Origin: Candidatus Spongiisociaceae bacterium
GTDB taxonomy: Bacteria; Actinomycetota; Acidimicrobiia; Spongiisociales; Spongiisociaceae
Assembly (NCBI GenBank): GCA_965262915.1
Contig: OZ253564.1
Span: 3,936,001-4,000,000 of the forward strand
Reading direction: 5' to 3'
Length of the DNA stretch: 64,000 nt
A program made the position numbers and the translations under genes. This document shows, one piece after another, positions 10,091-19,580 of this stretch. The notes below the pieces were generated by a model that was given only the letters and a program-made list of their open reading frames with translations, did not search any database and had not been told where the DNA came from. The number at the start of each line of letters is the position of its first letter. Positions within the stretch are counted from its first letter, which is position 1.

Positions 10091-10921
10091 TTGACGACAT
10101 CAATTCAGACACTTCTAGAGTCATCGACACCGACGTCGGCACTCTCCGGGAAGGTGGCGTTGGTCACGGGAGCCGCGAAGGGACTGGGTGCGGCCATCAC
10201 CATGGACCTGGCCCGCCAGGGTGCAGACATCGTTCTCAGCGCCCGGGACGAAGATGCCCTCCGCCAACACGCCGACCACCTGGATGCCGAGTTCGATCAC
10301 CGTTCGTCTCTCGTAGTCCGCGCGGATGTTCTCTCCGAAGATGACGTGCAGCAGATCGTCAACCAAACGGTGGACCGATTCGGGGGCATCGATATCCTGG
10401 TCAACACCGCAGGTGGCACCGGACCGATCGAAACGCCCGCTCAGAACGTCGAAGTACAGGCTTTCAGGGAGATACTCGAACTGAACGTGCTCGGTACCTT
10501 CATCGTCTGCAAGTACGCCATCCCCAGCATGATCGAGCGGCGCGACGGCCGCATCGTCAACATATCCGGCACCAGCGGTCTGCGCGGGTATATCAACCGG
10601 GCCGGATACTCCTCGTCGAAATGGGCGGTTCGGGGCCTGACCAGGACGCTGGCGCTCGAACTCGGCCCGTACGGCATAACCGTCAACGCGGTCTGCCCGA
10701 ACGTCACCCACGGCGACCGGATGACGAAGATCGTGAACACGAAGGCCGCCACTCTGGGAGTGACTCCCGAGGAGGTCTACGCCGACTTCGCATCGCAGAC
10801 CGCCCTGGGCAGGTTCATCGACAGCGTTGACATTGCTGCCGCGGTTTCGTTCCTGGTGTCGAACGGCGCCCGCAACATCACCGGGCACGACATCGTGGTG
10901 GATGCCGGTTGGGACGTGTGA
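10091..10921 (+). CDS. SDR family oxidoreductase
   Basis: TGAAKGLG and YSSSK motifs. Confidence 0.92.
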   Translation: MTTSIQTLLESSTPTSALSGKVALVTGAAKGLGAAITMDLARQGADIVLSARDEDALRQHADHLDAEFDHRSSLVVRADVLSEDDVQQIVNQTVDRFGGIDILVNTAGGTGPIETPAQNVEVQAFREILELNVLGTFIVCKYAIPSMIERRDGRIVNISGTSGLRGYINRAGYSSSKWAVRGLTRTLALELGPYGITVNAVCPNVTHGDRMTKIVNTKAATLGVTPEEVYADFASQTALGRFIDSVDIAAAVSFLVSNGARNITGHDIVVDAGWDV

Positions 10922-10955
10922 GACGATTCATCGCGGATAGCAGGAGTGAGTCCGG

Positions 10956-11822
10956 ATGCGAGTAGCCGGCGTCCAGAACGGTCCGGTCGGCGACCGGCCG
11001 TCCTCGGCGGTACGCCTGGCGTTCCGCCAACTCGGTGACGAAACACCCGACCTAGTCGTTTTCGCCGAGCTGTTCAGCTTGCCCTTCTGGTGCGTCGGCC
11101 ATACCCGCCAGGACTATTTCGCCTGGGCTGAGAATCTCGAGGGAGAGACGCTGACCACCGCCCGAGAAGAGGTGCAGAAACGGGGATGCCATGCGGTCGT
11201 ACCGTTCTTCGAACGGGGCCCGATCGCAGGCGAGTACTTCAACAGCGCAGCCGTGCTGGGACCTGACGGATCGGTCATCCCGGGGGTTCTCCCCACCGGG
11301 GAGGAGACCCCCGTCTACAGGAAGAACGCCATCTCGTCATATAACTGGGGAGGATCCGTCAACGACGAGAAGTACTACTTCCGCCCCGGGCCTGGATACC
11401 CGATCTTCACGACGAGCATCGGACAGATTGGGGTGCTTATCTGTTACGACAGGTGGTTCTCCGAGGCTTGGAGACTCCTCGCCCTCGCAGGCGCCGAAGT
11501 CATCTGCGTTCCGAACGCTTCGAGCGGGACTGTCTCCGAATTGTTCGTGCCGTCTATCAGGACCTGGTCGGCCCAGAACATCGTCTTCACGGTCGGCGTG
11601 AACCGTGCCGGCCACGAAACCGTGAACGGAGTGTCCACTTACTTCTACGGTCTCAGCTGCGTGGCATCCCCCCGCGGTAAGTTGCTGGCGGTCGCACCGG
11701 AAGGGGAACCCGGTGTCGCAACGGCAGTTATAGACCCCGAGGAAGTCGCCGCAGCTCGAATGGATCAGACCATGTATCGCGATCGGAGACCGGAGCTGTA
11801 CTCTCCGTTGACCCGATCATGA
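10956..11822 (+). CDS. Carbon-nitrogen hydrolase (N-carbamoyl amidohydrolase / beta-ureidopropionase-like)
   Basis: E-K-C triad (FAELF, YRK, ICYDR) and C-terminal YRDRRPELY. Confidence 0.88.
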   Translation: MRVAGVQNGPVGDRPSSAVRLAFRQLGDETPDLVVFAELFSLPFWCVGHTRQDYFAWAENLEGETLTTAREEVQKRGCHAVVPFFERGPIAGEYFNSAAVLGPDGSVIPGVLPTGEETPVYRKNAISSYNWGGSVNDEKYYFRPGPGYPIFTTSIGQIGVLICYDRWFSEAWRLLALAGAEVICVPNASSGTVSELFVPSIRTWSAQNIVFTVGVNRAGHETVNGVSTYFYGLSCVASPRGKLLAVAPEGEPGVATAVIDPEEVAAARMDQTMYRDRRPELYSPLTRS

Positions 11823-13228
11823 GCATCCCGACCAGTCTGCGAGCCGGGATCGATCTGCTCGACCGGAAAGGCGGCCTGGTCCGCATCAAGCGGCCCGTGG
11901 ATCCGGTCGGCGAGCTCACTGCGGTCATGGGGGCGCTCGAGGAGCGGGGCGATTGGTCGGCCGTTCTCTTCGAGTCGGTAAAGGGATACGAAGGCTGGCG
12001 CATCGCGGGTTCGCTCTTCTCCGACCGGTCCAACGTCGCAACGATGCTGGGAGTCGACCAGGTCCGGCTGGTCGCCGAGTTGAGTGACAGGTTCAGCCAT
12101 CCTCTACCGACCACGAACGCACGGTCGGCGCCGGTCCAGGAGGTCGTTGTGACCGGTGACGATGCCTCGCTGGACGATATCCCCCTCGTATGGCACCACG
12201 AGAGGGACGCCGGCCGCTACATATCCATGGGGCTGACCTTCGTCAAGGATCCGGACACCGGCATGCCCAACGCCGGGATCTACCGGTTCATGCAACGCGA
12301 TGCCAGGACTCTCGTTCCTTCCCTGACATCCATTTCGAACATCGCCGACATCTTCCGCCGCCAGGAAGCGCGCGGTAAGCCTCTCGACATAGCCATCGTG
12401 CCGTCGGCTTCCGCGGCACTCACCTTGGCGGCGAGCTACCGGGCGGCGCTGGGCACTGATGAGTGCACCCTGGCGGGCGGCCTGCAGAAGGCCCCGGTGG
12501 AGTTGGTACCGGCACGAACCGTGGATGTGGATGTTCCGGCTGATGCGGAGTTGGTCATCGAGGCCCGCATCCAACCGGGTGAACGGCATCCGGAGGCCCC
12601 CTTCGCCGACATGTCCGGGTCCTACAGCCGCGTCAAGTATGGCCCTCTGGTCTCGGTGAGTGCCATCACCCGGCGGCGGGACCCGATCCTACAACTCGCA
12701 TTCTCGGGTCACGCCGACTCCACCAATATGGCCGCGATCGGACATGAGGTAGCGATATGGAGGGCCGTCCAAGCGTCCTCATCGAACGTCGTAGCGGTTC
12801 ATGTCCCGGCCAGCGGATACGGGTTCCATTGCTATCTGGCTATCCGCAAGGCACCTACCGTCGAAGGGGGTGAGCGTGGTGAGCAGCGCAACGCCATGCT
12901 GGCCGCATTGGGGGCCGTACCGCAGATCAAGCTGATCGTCGCCTTCGACCATGACGTGGACATCTTCAACGAACACCGGGTGCTCGGTGCACTGGCGCGC
13001 AGGTTCCAGGCCGTCGATCCCCGCACCGGTCGGAGCCACCTCACCGTCATCGGAGACGCCAAGGGCGCCACCTACGATCCGAGTAGCTTCCATCGGGAGT
13101 ACCCGAATTCGAAACTGATGATCGACGCCACCATCCCGACCGATCTGGACCCTGCGGTTCGGGCCGCATTCGAGGAAGCGAAACCGGGATGGCATGAAGA
13201 CATCAACCTGGCCCGGTACCTGGAATAG
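11819..13228 (+). CDS. UbiD family prFMN-dependent (de)carboxylase
   Basis: HHERDAGRYI, KDPDTG, NAGIYR, EAPFAD, DHDVD and KLMIDAT motifs; ATGA overlap with the upstream gene. Confidence 0.9.
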   Translation: MSIPTSLRAGIDLLDRKGGLVRIKRPVDPVGELTAVMGALEERGDWSAVLFESVKGYEGWRIAGSLFSDRSNVATMLGVDQVRLVAELSDRFSHPLPTTNARSAPVQEVVVTGDDASLDDIPLVWHHERDAGRYISMGLTFVKDPDTGMPNAGIYRFMQRDARTLVPSLTSISNIADIFRRQEARGKPLDIAIVPSASAALTLAASYRAALGTDECTLAGGLQKAPVELVPARTVDVDVPADAELVIEARIQPGERHPEAPFADMSGSYSRVKYGPLVSVSAITRRRDPILQLAFSGHADSTNMAAIGHEVAIWRAVQASSSNVVAVHVPASGYGFHCYLAIRKAPTVEGGERGEQRNAMLAALGAVPQIKLIVAFDHDVDIFNEHRVLGALARRFQAVDPRTGRSHLTVIGDAKGATYDPSSFHREYPNSKLMIDATIPTDLDPAVRAAFEEAKPGWHEDINLARYLE

Positions 13229-13658
13229 TCCGGCCATTGGATATCGTTGCAATGCACCCGTCGGACCTCGATGTTGCCGATGACCGAGCGTTTGTGATGT
13301 CGCCTGGTCTTCCTCTCGGTCAGATCCCCGGAGATTGTCGAGGCTCTCCTGCCGTCACTACCAGTAGCCGGGACATCCTCGGTGTGCCGGCCGCGAGCGG
13401 CTTCCCGACTTGCACACCATGGGTCCCGGACAGCAGACCGGTGCCCTGGCGAGGCGATCCTGAAATCCAGCCCCACCAACCGGACCCGCTTCGCCACCCT
13501 CGCCACCGACACCCTGCCTGACCTACACGCCGTCGACCCCACCGACCGGGCAGTCTCTAGGCACACGCCGGCTGCTGCCCTCCAGACAACCCACACTATT
13601 CTTGTATAGTATTATCAGGAGCAATCTTGAGCCCATCAGCCTATTGGACGAGGTGGTC

Positions 13659-13958
13659 ATGGACCGAGTACCCGGCTTAACCCCTGAAGAGGATGCGCTC
13701 ATCACGGAGCTAGCCGGCGACCCGAGCAAATGGGTACCCGCCGGACCCGAAGCGTGGGAACAAGGACGGCGCATGGCACAGGCCATAGCCGATACCTATA
13801 CCGACGAAGACTGGCGTCGGGTGCTTAATCGGTTAGCCCCGCCCAGAGCAGCTAGGCAGATCGCACGCCGCCCCGCGGCAGATCGCGCACACCTGCTGAG
13901 CCTATTGGGCCCCGAGCAACGGACTGAGGTCGAGCATCTGTTAGCCGTGACCGCATAA
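13659..13958 (+). CDS. Small hypothetical protein, putative antitoxin with MgtE_N-like helical C-terminus
   Basis: ATG with GAGGTGG RBS; ends 7 bp before a toxin-like gene. Confidence 0.55.
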   Translation: MDRVPGLTPEEDALITELAGDPSKWVPAGPEAWEQGRRMAQAIADTYTDEDWRRVLNRLAPPRAARQIARRPAADRAHLLSLLGPEQRTEVEHLLAVTA

Positions 13959-13965
13959 CACTGGT

Positions 13966-14232
13966 TTGACCAAGCCACCCTACATCGCCCGGTCCGCATG
14001 TAGACACGGCATCACTTCGGATGATGTCCGCTTGACACTGGACGAGCCGGAATGGGTGACGCCACTACCGGTCCTGGTAACGGGAGAAGATGATCAAGCC
14101 GATCGCTCCAACGTCAACGTGTACGGTGGGTATGACACGTTCGGGCGATCCCTGGTCGTTTTTGTAGACAGATTCGAGAACATCGCCTTCCACTCCGAAC
14201 GCGGCGATCGGCGCTTCGGCTGGTTGTTCTGA
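13966..14232 (+). CDS. Putative type II toxin (BrnT/RelE-fold-like)
   Basis: IARSACRHGITSDDV...GYDTFGRSLVV...AFHS resembles actinobacterial SARKHGI-type toxins. Confidence 0.5.
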   Translation: MTKPPYIARSACRHGITSDDVRLTLDEPEWVTPLPVLVTGEDDQADRSNVNVYGGYDTFGRSLVVFVDRFENIAFHSERGDRRFGWLF

Positions 14233-14378
14233 AGCCTCATGCGGGGCATATCCTGATCGTCTCGTCAAGTCAATACAATTCCCAATGATCAGCGGATTGC
14301 ACGCCGTTTGGTCTTCGGTGTGCGAAGTTGTTTGATTGTCCTTGAACGCTGGACCCGCAGCGAGAAGGAAGGAATAAG

Positions 14379-15806
14379 ATGAGTGAGCCCTCGCGTGGCA
14401 GGATCTCCCGGTTCGTATTACCGCCCGGCGGCTCGTACATCCTGGAACCCGAGATCGTTCTGACTCCGGATGGACCACAACGCGGTTGCGCAGCCGCCAT
14501 CGAAGACGAGGCCTTCACGGCTGTGGACACCGTGAGCCGCGTTGCCGACTCCCGTCCGGGTCTCTTGTCGACTTCGCTGCCCGGAGTCGCGATGATTCCT
14601 GGCTTCGTGGACTCTCACCAGCACCCGACCCAGACCTTCGGGAAGGCGATCATCGGGGGCCAGCCCGCCCAGATCTGGAAGCGAATCTGGTTACCGCTCG
14701 GTGAAGAAATGAGTGCTGAGGCAATCTACGTCGCCGCAAAATGGGCCGGCATCGAAGCCCTCCGGGGAGGCTTCACGACCATGGTCGCGTCAGGCGAGCT
14801 CGACGAGGAGAAGAGCCGTGCCGTTGAGAGAGCTATAGACGAAGTCGGGATCCGGTGCGTGCTCAGTCGGAGGTTCAGTGACGCCGCGCATTACGAGAGT
14901 CCTGCGAAGGATACGGTCACCGGTAGATCGGCAAGAGAATGCCTCTCGGTCGCGGAGGAGGTTGGTCGCGCCCCGACAGTAAGCCCGCGCATCACCACCT
15001 CGCTTGCTTGCGACTCGGTCCAGGCTGCTTCACCCGAGCTCCTCCATGGGATCGCAGCGCTGTGTGGAGAGCTGGGTCTCGTGTTCCAGATTCACGCCAA
15101 CGAACACACTCCCGAAGTCGAGGGGTCAATGGAGCGCTACGGCCTGCGTCCGATCGAGCTGCTCGGGTCTCTTGATGCGTTAGGCCCGCAGACACTCATC
15201 GCGCATGCAACGCTGGTGACGCCCCATGAGATCGGTCTCCTAGCGGAGCGCGGCGCCATCGTGAGCTACAACCCCGTGGCCAGCGCGTGGAAGGGGAACG
15301 CAGTGGCTCCGGCACTCGAGTTTGCCAGTGCCGGGGTTCGTTTCGGGTTGGGCACGGACGGTACGCGAAGTGACGGATTCCGGCTCATGGACGCCGCGGA
15401 AACGGCTCAGCGCCTCACCACCGGCATCAGAGTCGATGACTGGTTGGCGGGCAGCGGGCGCCTGTGGCTCGAGGCGGCAACCGTCGGTGGCGGAGCAGCA
15501 GCTGGACTCGGTGACCAGATCGGGGCGATCGCTCCAGGAAGGAGAGCCGACTACCTGCTGCTCGACGTGACGGCACCCGAGTGCCTCCCGAGCTGGGACT
15601 TCGTTTGGGAACTGGTGCGCTACTACGACCGAACGCACCTGTTGGCGGTCTATGTCGACGGGGAGAAGCTCGTAGAGGGAGGCCAACCCGTCGGGTGGAA
15701 CCTTGCTGCCTTCATCGCCGAGCATGCGGCCATGGCACGAGACATCGTCCGGCGAGCCGATCTGATCCTCGTAGGAGATCGACCGGACCCTCGTCAAACC
15801 GCTTGA
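14379..15806 (+). CDS. Amidohydrolase (MTA/SAH-guanine deaminase / AtzA-like)
   Basis: PGFVDSHQH, HANEH, AHAT, LGTDG and GRRAD motifs. Confidence 0.9.
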   Translation: MSEPSRGRISRFVLPPGGSYILEPEIVLTPDGPQRGCAAAIEDEAFTAVDTVSRVADSRPGLLSTSLPGVAMIPGFVDSHQHPTQTFGKAIIGGQPAQIWKRIWLPLGEEMSAEAIYVAAKWAGIEALRGGFTTMVASGELDEEKSRAVERAIDEVGIRCVLSRRFSDAAHYESPAKDTVTGRSARECLSVAEEVGRAPTVSPRITTSLACDSVQAASPELLHGIAALCGELGLVFQIHANEHTPEVEGSMERYGLRPIELLGSLDALGPQTLIAHATLVTPHEIGLLAERGAIVSYNPVASAWKGNAVAPALEFASAGVRFGLGTDGTRSDGFRLMDAAETAQRLTTGIRVDDWLAGSGRLWLEAATVGGGAAAGLGDQIGAIAPGRRADYLLLDVTAPECLPSWDFVWELVRYYDRTHLLAVYVDGEKLVEGGQPVGWNLAAFIAEHAAMARDIVRRADLILVGDRPDPRQTA

Positions 15807-15907
15807 AGCCGCATCGGGCGACGGGTCGCGGACGGCCAGAGGCCTCCTGCGCCTGATCCCCCGGGCCGGCTCGGCAATGGTCTATGGTGACGTTCCATGA
15901 GGGATTC

Positions 15908-17332
15908 ATGGTCCCGGTAACCAGCGGCATCTTCGCCAGAGACCCCTACGCGCTCCAGCCCGATGCGATGGTTCTTCCTGGTGGCGTCATGACCGATTCC
16001 CCCGTCCTCGTCGTCGATGCCGGGGGAGTTGGCTTCGCCGGACATCGGCAAGGTGCCTTGGGGCGTTACCCAGGCATAGAGATCGAGCGAATCAAGGGCA
16101 AGGTGATCGTTCCGGGTTTCGTGGATACGCATCACCACGTCACACCATCGTTTGTCAAGGCTATCTCGTTCGGTGAGCCGGCCCAGATGTGGACCCGGAT
16201 ATGGATGCCGTACGAGGCCGCTCTCGATCCGGAGATGAGTTACTACGGGGCAAAATGGACCTTTGTGGAGGCTCTGCGCGGCGGTTTCACGACGCTCGTG
16301 GACAGTGCGATCCGCCCCGCTGAACACACGGCCGCTGTGCTCAAAGCTGCCGATGAGTGCGGCATCCGGCTGGTCCTTTCCACCGGTGTGTTCGACCTTA
16401 GTGACTTCGGGACCGAAGCTCCCACGCCAGATCTCGGGGGTTCGATCCACGGTGTTGTGGAGCTGGCCGAAGAGCACCTCGACATGTGCGCCGGCTACGC
16501 CAATGTAGAGCCGTCGATGGCCTGTGGGACGGTGCAGTCGAACTCCGGCCGACTGATCACAGCCCTGGCACGGTGGTGCCAGGAACACGATGTGTTGTTC
16601 CAGATCCATGCCAACGAACATACGGGAGAGGTTCACCGTTCGGTGGAGCGCCATGGTCTGAGACCGATCCAATACCTGGACGCACTGGATGCGCTGGGTC
16701 CGATGACGCTGCTGGCGCACACCACGCTGGTCACACCTGCCGAGGCTCGACGCCTGCGCGACACCGACACGGCCGTGAGTTACAACCCGGTTGCTAGCCA
16801 GTGGAAGGGCAATGCGGTTGCACCGGCACTCTGGTTTCACGAGTTGGGCATCCGTTTTGGAATCGGAACGGACAACACCCGCAACGACGCCTTCCGGCTG
16901 CTCGACGCCGCGGAGGCGACCCAGCGCATCGCGTACGGCGTACCACTCGACGACTTCTCGACGGGCGGTGGTCTTTTGTGGCTGACCGCGGCTACAGCCG
17001 GCGGAGCAGATGCCGCAGGTCTGGGTGGCAAGGTAGGCGCGCTCGCCGATGGTCAGCAGGCCGACTTCTTGATTCTGGATGCGACCGGTCCCGAGCGGCA
17101 GCCATCCTGGGATCTGGCGTGGGAACTCGTCCGCTTCTACGATCGATCAACCATCGCGGCCGCGGTGGTGGCCGGCGTTCCCAGAGTCATTGGGGGATCT
17201 CCCGTCGGTTGGGACCTGCAAGCCTTCCTGACCGATGCGCTTCCCAAAGGCATCGACCTGGTCCGGAAGGCGGGAATGGTGCAGCTCCACAAACCCTCGT
17301 CCTTGGGACTGAGCAGTTCGATGGACCGGTAG
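15908..17332 (+). CDS. Amidohydrolase (deaminase-like), tandem paralog of the upstream gene
   Basis: PGFVDTHHH, HANEH and IGTDN motifs. The ORF is open from 15884 and the ATG at 15908 has an RBS. Confidence 0.9.
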   Translation: MVPVTSGIFARDPYALQPDAMVLPGGVMTDSPVLVVDAGGVGFAGHRQGALGRYPGIEIERIKGKVIVPGFVDTHHHVTPSFVKAISFGEPAQMWTRIWMPYEAALDPEMSYYGAKWTFVEALRGGFTTLVDSAIRPAEHTAAVLKAADECGIRLVLSTGVFDLSDFGTEAPTPDLGGSIHGVVELAEEHLDMCAGYANVEPSMACGTVQSNSGRLITALARWCQEHDVLFQIHANEHTGEVHRSVERHGLRPIQYLDALDALGPMTLLAHTTLVTPAEARRLRDTDTAVSYNPVASQWKGNAVAPALWFHELGIRFGIGTDNTRNDAFRLLDAAEATQRIAYGVPLDDFSTGGGLLWLTAATAGGADAAGLGGKVGALADGQQADFLILDATGPERQPSWDLAWELVRFYDRSTIAAAVVAGVPRVIGGSPVGWDLQAFLTDALPKGIDLVRKAGMVQLHKPSSLGLSSSMDR

Positions 17333-18040
17333 GTGGACGAGCTCCTCCTTGCGTCGGCCGTGGTTGTCGTCGCCGCCGCAATCCAAGGCTCGGTCGGATT
17401 CGGAATGAACGCGCTCTCGTTCCCAATCCTCCTAGTGATCGACGACTCACTAGTGCCGGGCCCGCTGCTCATCGCTCACCTTTCCCTCGTTCTCATGATG
17501 AGCGCCTCTGAGATGTCCCAGAGGGACTCCCGGGCCCTTGCCTGGGCTGTGGGTGGTTCAATTCCGGGGGTTGCCGCGGGTGCATGGCTGATTTCCCTGG
17601 CCAGCAAGGCACAACTCGTAGCCCTGGCCATCGCCGCGCTGGTTCTCGTGATAGTCGTGGTCCTGCGCGGAGTCGAGCTGGGCCGCGGTAGAGGCACCCT
17701 TGCCGGTGTCGGTGTCCTGTCCGGCCTCCTGGGAACCACCGTGTCGGTGAACGGTCCTCCGCTGGCCCTCGCGCTGATCAGTGGACCAGGCGCCGTCCGG
17801 CGGGGAACGATGGCGGTTTTCCTAACGATCGGCACCGCTTTCTCGATCGTGGCCCTGATCGGCGTCGGGAGGTTCGGCTCATCCGAACTGGTCTCGGGTT
17901 TGGCACTTGTCCCGGCCGCCGGCATCGGCATGCTCATAGCAGTTTCGGTCCGCAGCATCGTCGATCGGATCGACGCGCGGCTCGTCGTGATACCTCTGGC
18001 CGTGGTTTCCGCGGTAATCGGAGTGGCCGGTATCTCCTAG
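17333..18040 (+). CDS. TauE/SafE (TSUP) family membrane exporter
   Basis: Multiple TM helices; QGSVGFG and GPP motifs. Confidence 0.85.
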   Translation: MDELLLASAVVVVAAAIQGSVGFGMNALSFPILLVIDDSLVPGPLLIAHLSLVLMMSASEMSQRDSRALAWAVGGSIPGVAAGAWLISLASKAQLVALAIAALVLVIVVVLRGVELGRGRGTLAGVGVLSGLLGTTVSVNGPPLALALISGPGAVRRGTMAVFLTIGTAFSIVALIGVGRFGSSELVSGLALVPAAGIGMLIAVSVRSIVDRIDARLVVIPLAVVSAVIGVAGIS

Positions 18041-18150
18041 CTGATGTCTCCAGTCGCCCTCGCGGCATCTGGTGGCATTGCGGGCGTGGCACAGCGGTCA
18101 AGGAGTCTGGCCCGCTTCCAGCGGTGCGGCGGACTGGACATGTGGCTCAG

Positions 18151-19413
18151 CTAGAGCCTTCGGAGTTGCAGGAAGGGCAGTTCAGCGACTGTTGCTGCGA
18201 TCCCGGCGGTCTCGCCCGTGCCCGCTATGTCCCACTCGACCGCGACCCGTACTCCGACCTCGGCGACTTCTCGATTCAGGTGGCCGAACCCGATGAGCTT
18301 GCCGATGGTCGGGGCCCATGTGATGCTCGAGGCGCGACCAACAACCGCGTGATCCGCTCGTACCGGTTTGGCTACCCACTCGACCCGGGGGGAGACGTTG
18401 GGCGCAATACCCCGGTCGACGTGCTCGGTCACTACCTGGCGCCAGTCGATATCGAGACCGACGAGCGTCCGTGGCGGTCCACCGGCCTCCTGCTCGTTCA
18501 GCAGCGCTTCCTTGCCGATGAAGTCTCCCTTGTCGAAGTCGACGAACCGGCCGATCCCCAGCTCGAACGGTGACGACATGTACTCTGGTTCAGAGGCCGA
18601 GACGGTGTGTGAACCGACCGGATCGGGCCCGGCGTTGGCGTAGTCGGGACCCGCTATCAACAGCCCGGCCTCGACTCGGGCCACGTCGATGGCCCATTCT
18701 CCACATGGGCGCATGAACAAGCCCTCGCCGGCAGCGGCCACGGCGTCCCACACCGCCGGCGCTCCGCTGAGAGGGGTGAAGAGCTCGTACCCGAGTTCTC
18801 CCGTAAACCCTTGCCGGGCCACCTCGACCTCGACACCGGCGATATCGGCGGGTTCGAGCCGCGAGAAGTCGAGGTGCGACCAATCCCGGCCGGTTGCCCG
18901 CTCGAGCACCTCGAGGGAGTTGGGCCCCTGCACCGTCAGGATGCCGGAGTCGTCGGTCACATCCACAACCGAGACGTCGTACCCCTCGGCCTGCCGGGTG
19001 AACCACGCCAAGCTCCGGTCCCCGGTGAGCCGATAAGCCGACTCCCCCCTCCTGAACACCAGGCCCGCGACGATGACTTTGCCGTCGTCGTTGCACCAGG
19101 GTGTGTAGTAGATCGAGCCCACCGCCAGCGCATAGGCGTCACGGGTGATAACGCAGTCGACGGCGGCCGTGGCATCCGGCCCCGAGATCTCGCACTTGGA
19201 CAGGGGCGACATGTCGCCCATGGCGACCGTCTCCCGGATGGCGCGTAGCTCGGCATGGAAGTCGTCGTACACGTCGACCACGTGGTGCAGATCCCAATTG
19301 AAGTACCAGGGCGTTGCACTGTCCCGCGCCGTCCGTGTATGGAACGGCGTCCCGATCCGCCCGTCGGGACGGTACCGGCTGGCAGCAGCATGCGACCACT
19401 CTTGTTCCGCCAT
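18151..19413 (-). CDS. GcvT-like aminomethyltransferase / THF-dependent demethylase family
   Basis: TPFH, DMSPL, VQGPNS, GFTGELGYE and RVEAG motifs. Confidence 0.9.
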   Translation of the reverse strand: MAEQEWSHAAASRYRPDGRIGTPFHTRTARDSATPWYFNWDLHHVVDVYDDFHAELRAIRETVAMGDMSPLSKCEISGPDATAAVDCVITRDAYALAVGSIYYTPWCNDDGKVIVAGLVFRRGESAYRLTGDRSLAWFTRQAEGYDVSVVDVTDDSGILTVQGPNSLEVLERATGRDWSHLDFSRLEPADIAGVEVEVARQGFTGELGYELFTPLSGAPAVWDAVAAAGEGLFMRPCGEWAIDVARVEAGLLIAGPDYANAGPDPVGSHTVSASEPEYMSSPFELGIGRFVDFDKGDFIGKEALLNEQEAGGPPRTLVGLDIDWRQVVTEHVDRGIAPNVSPRVEWVAKPVRADHAVVGRASSITWAPTIGKLIGFGHLNREVAEVGVRVAVEWDIAGTGETAGIAATVAELPFLQLRRL

Positions 19414-19580
19414 TCTCTTCCTCCTTTCGATGCTCCGAATCGGGCCCGGCGCATTCGGATGCTGGGATCCGGCTACGACACGGGACCCGCTTGGGAGACG
19501 TGAATCGTCGGCATCGCACGGTCTCGCGCGGGGGGCTCACCCCATTCAAGAACCTGAGAAGACATCCCCGGTCATCACAA

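Noticed and set aside
13237-13600. Possible phosphotransferase-like relic or small ORFs
   Set aside because: The resemblance is too weak to support a call.
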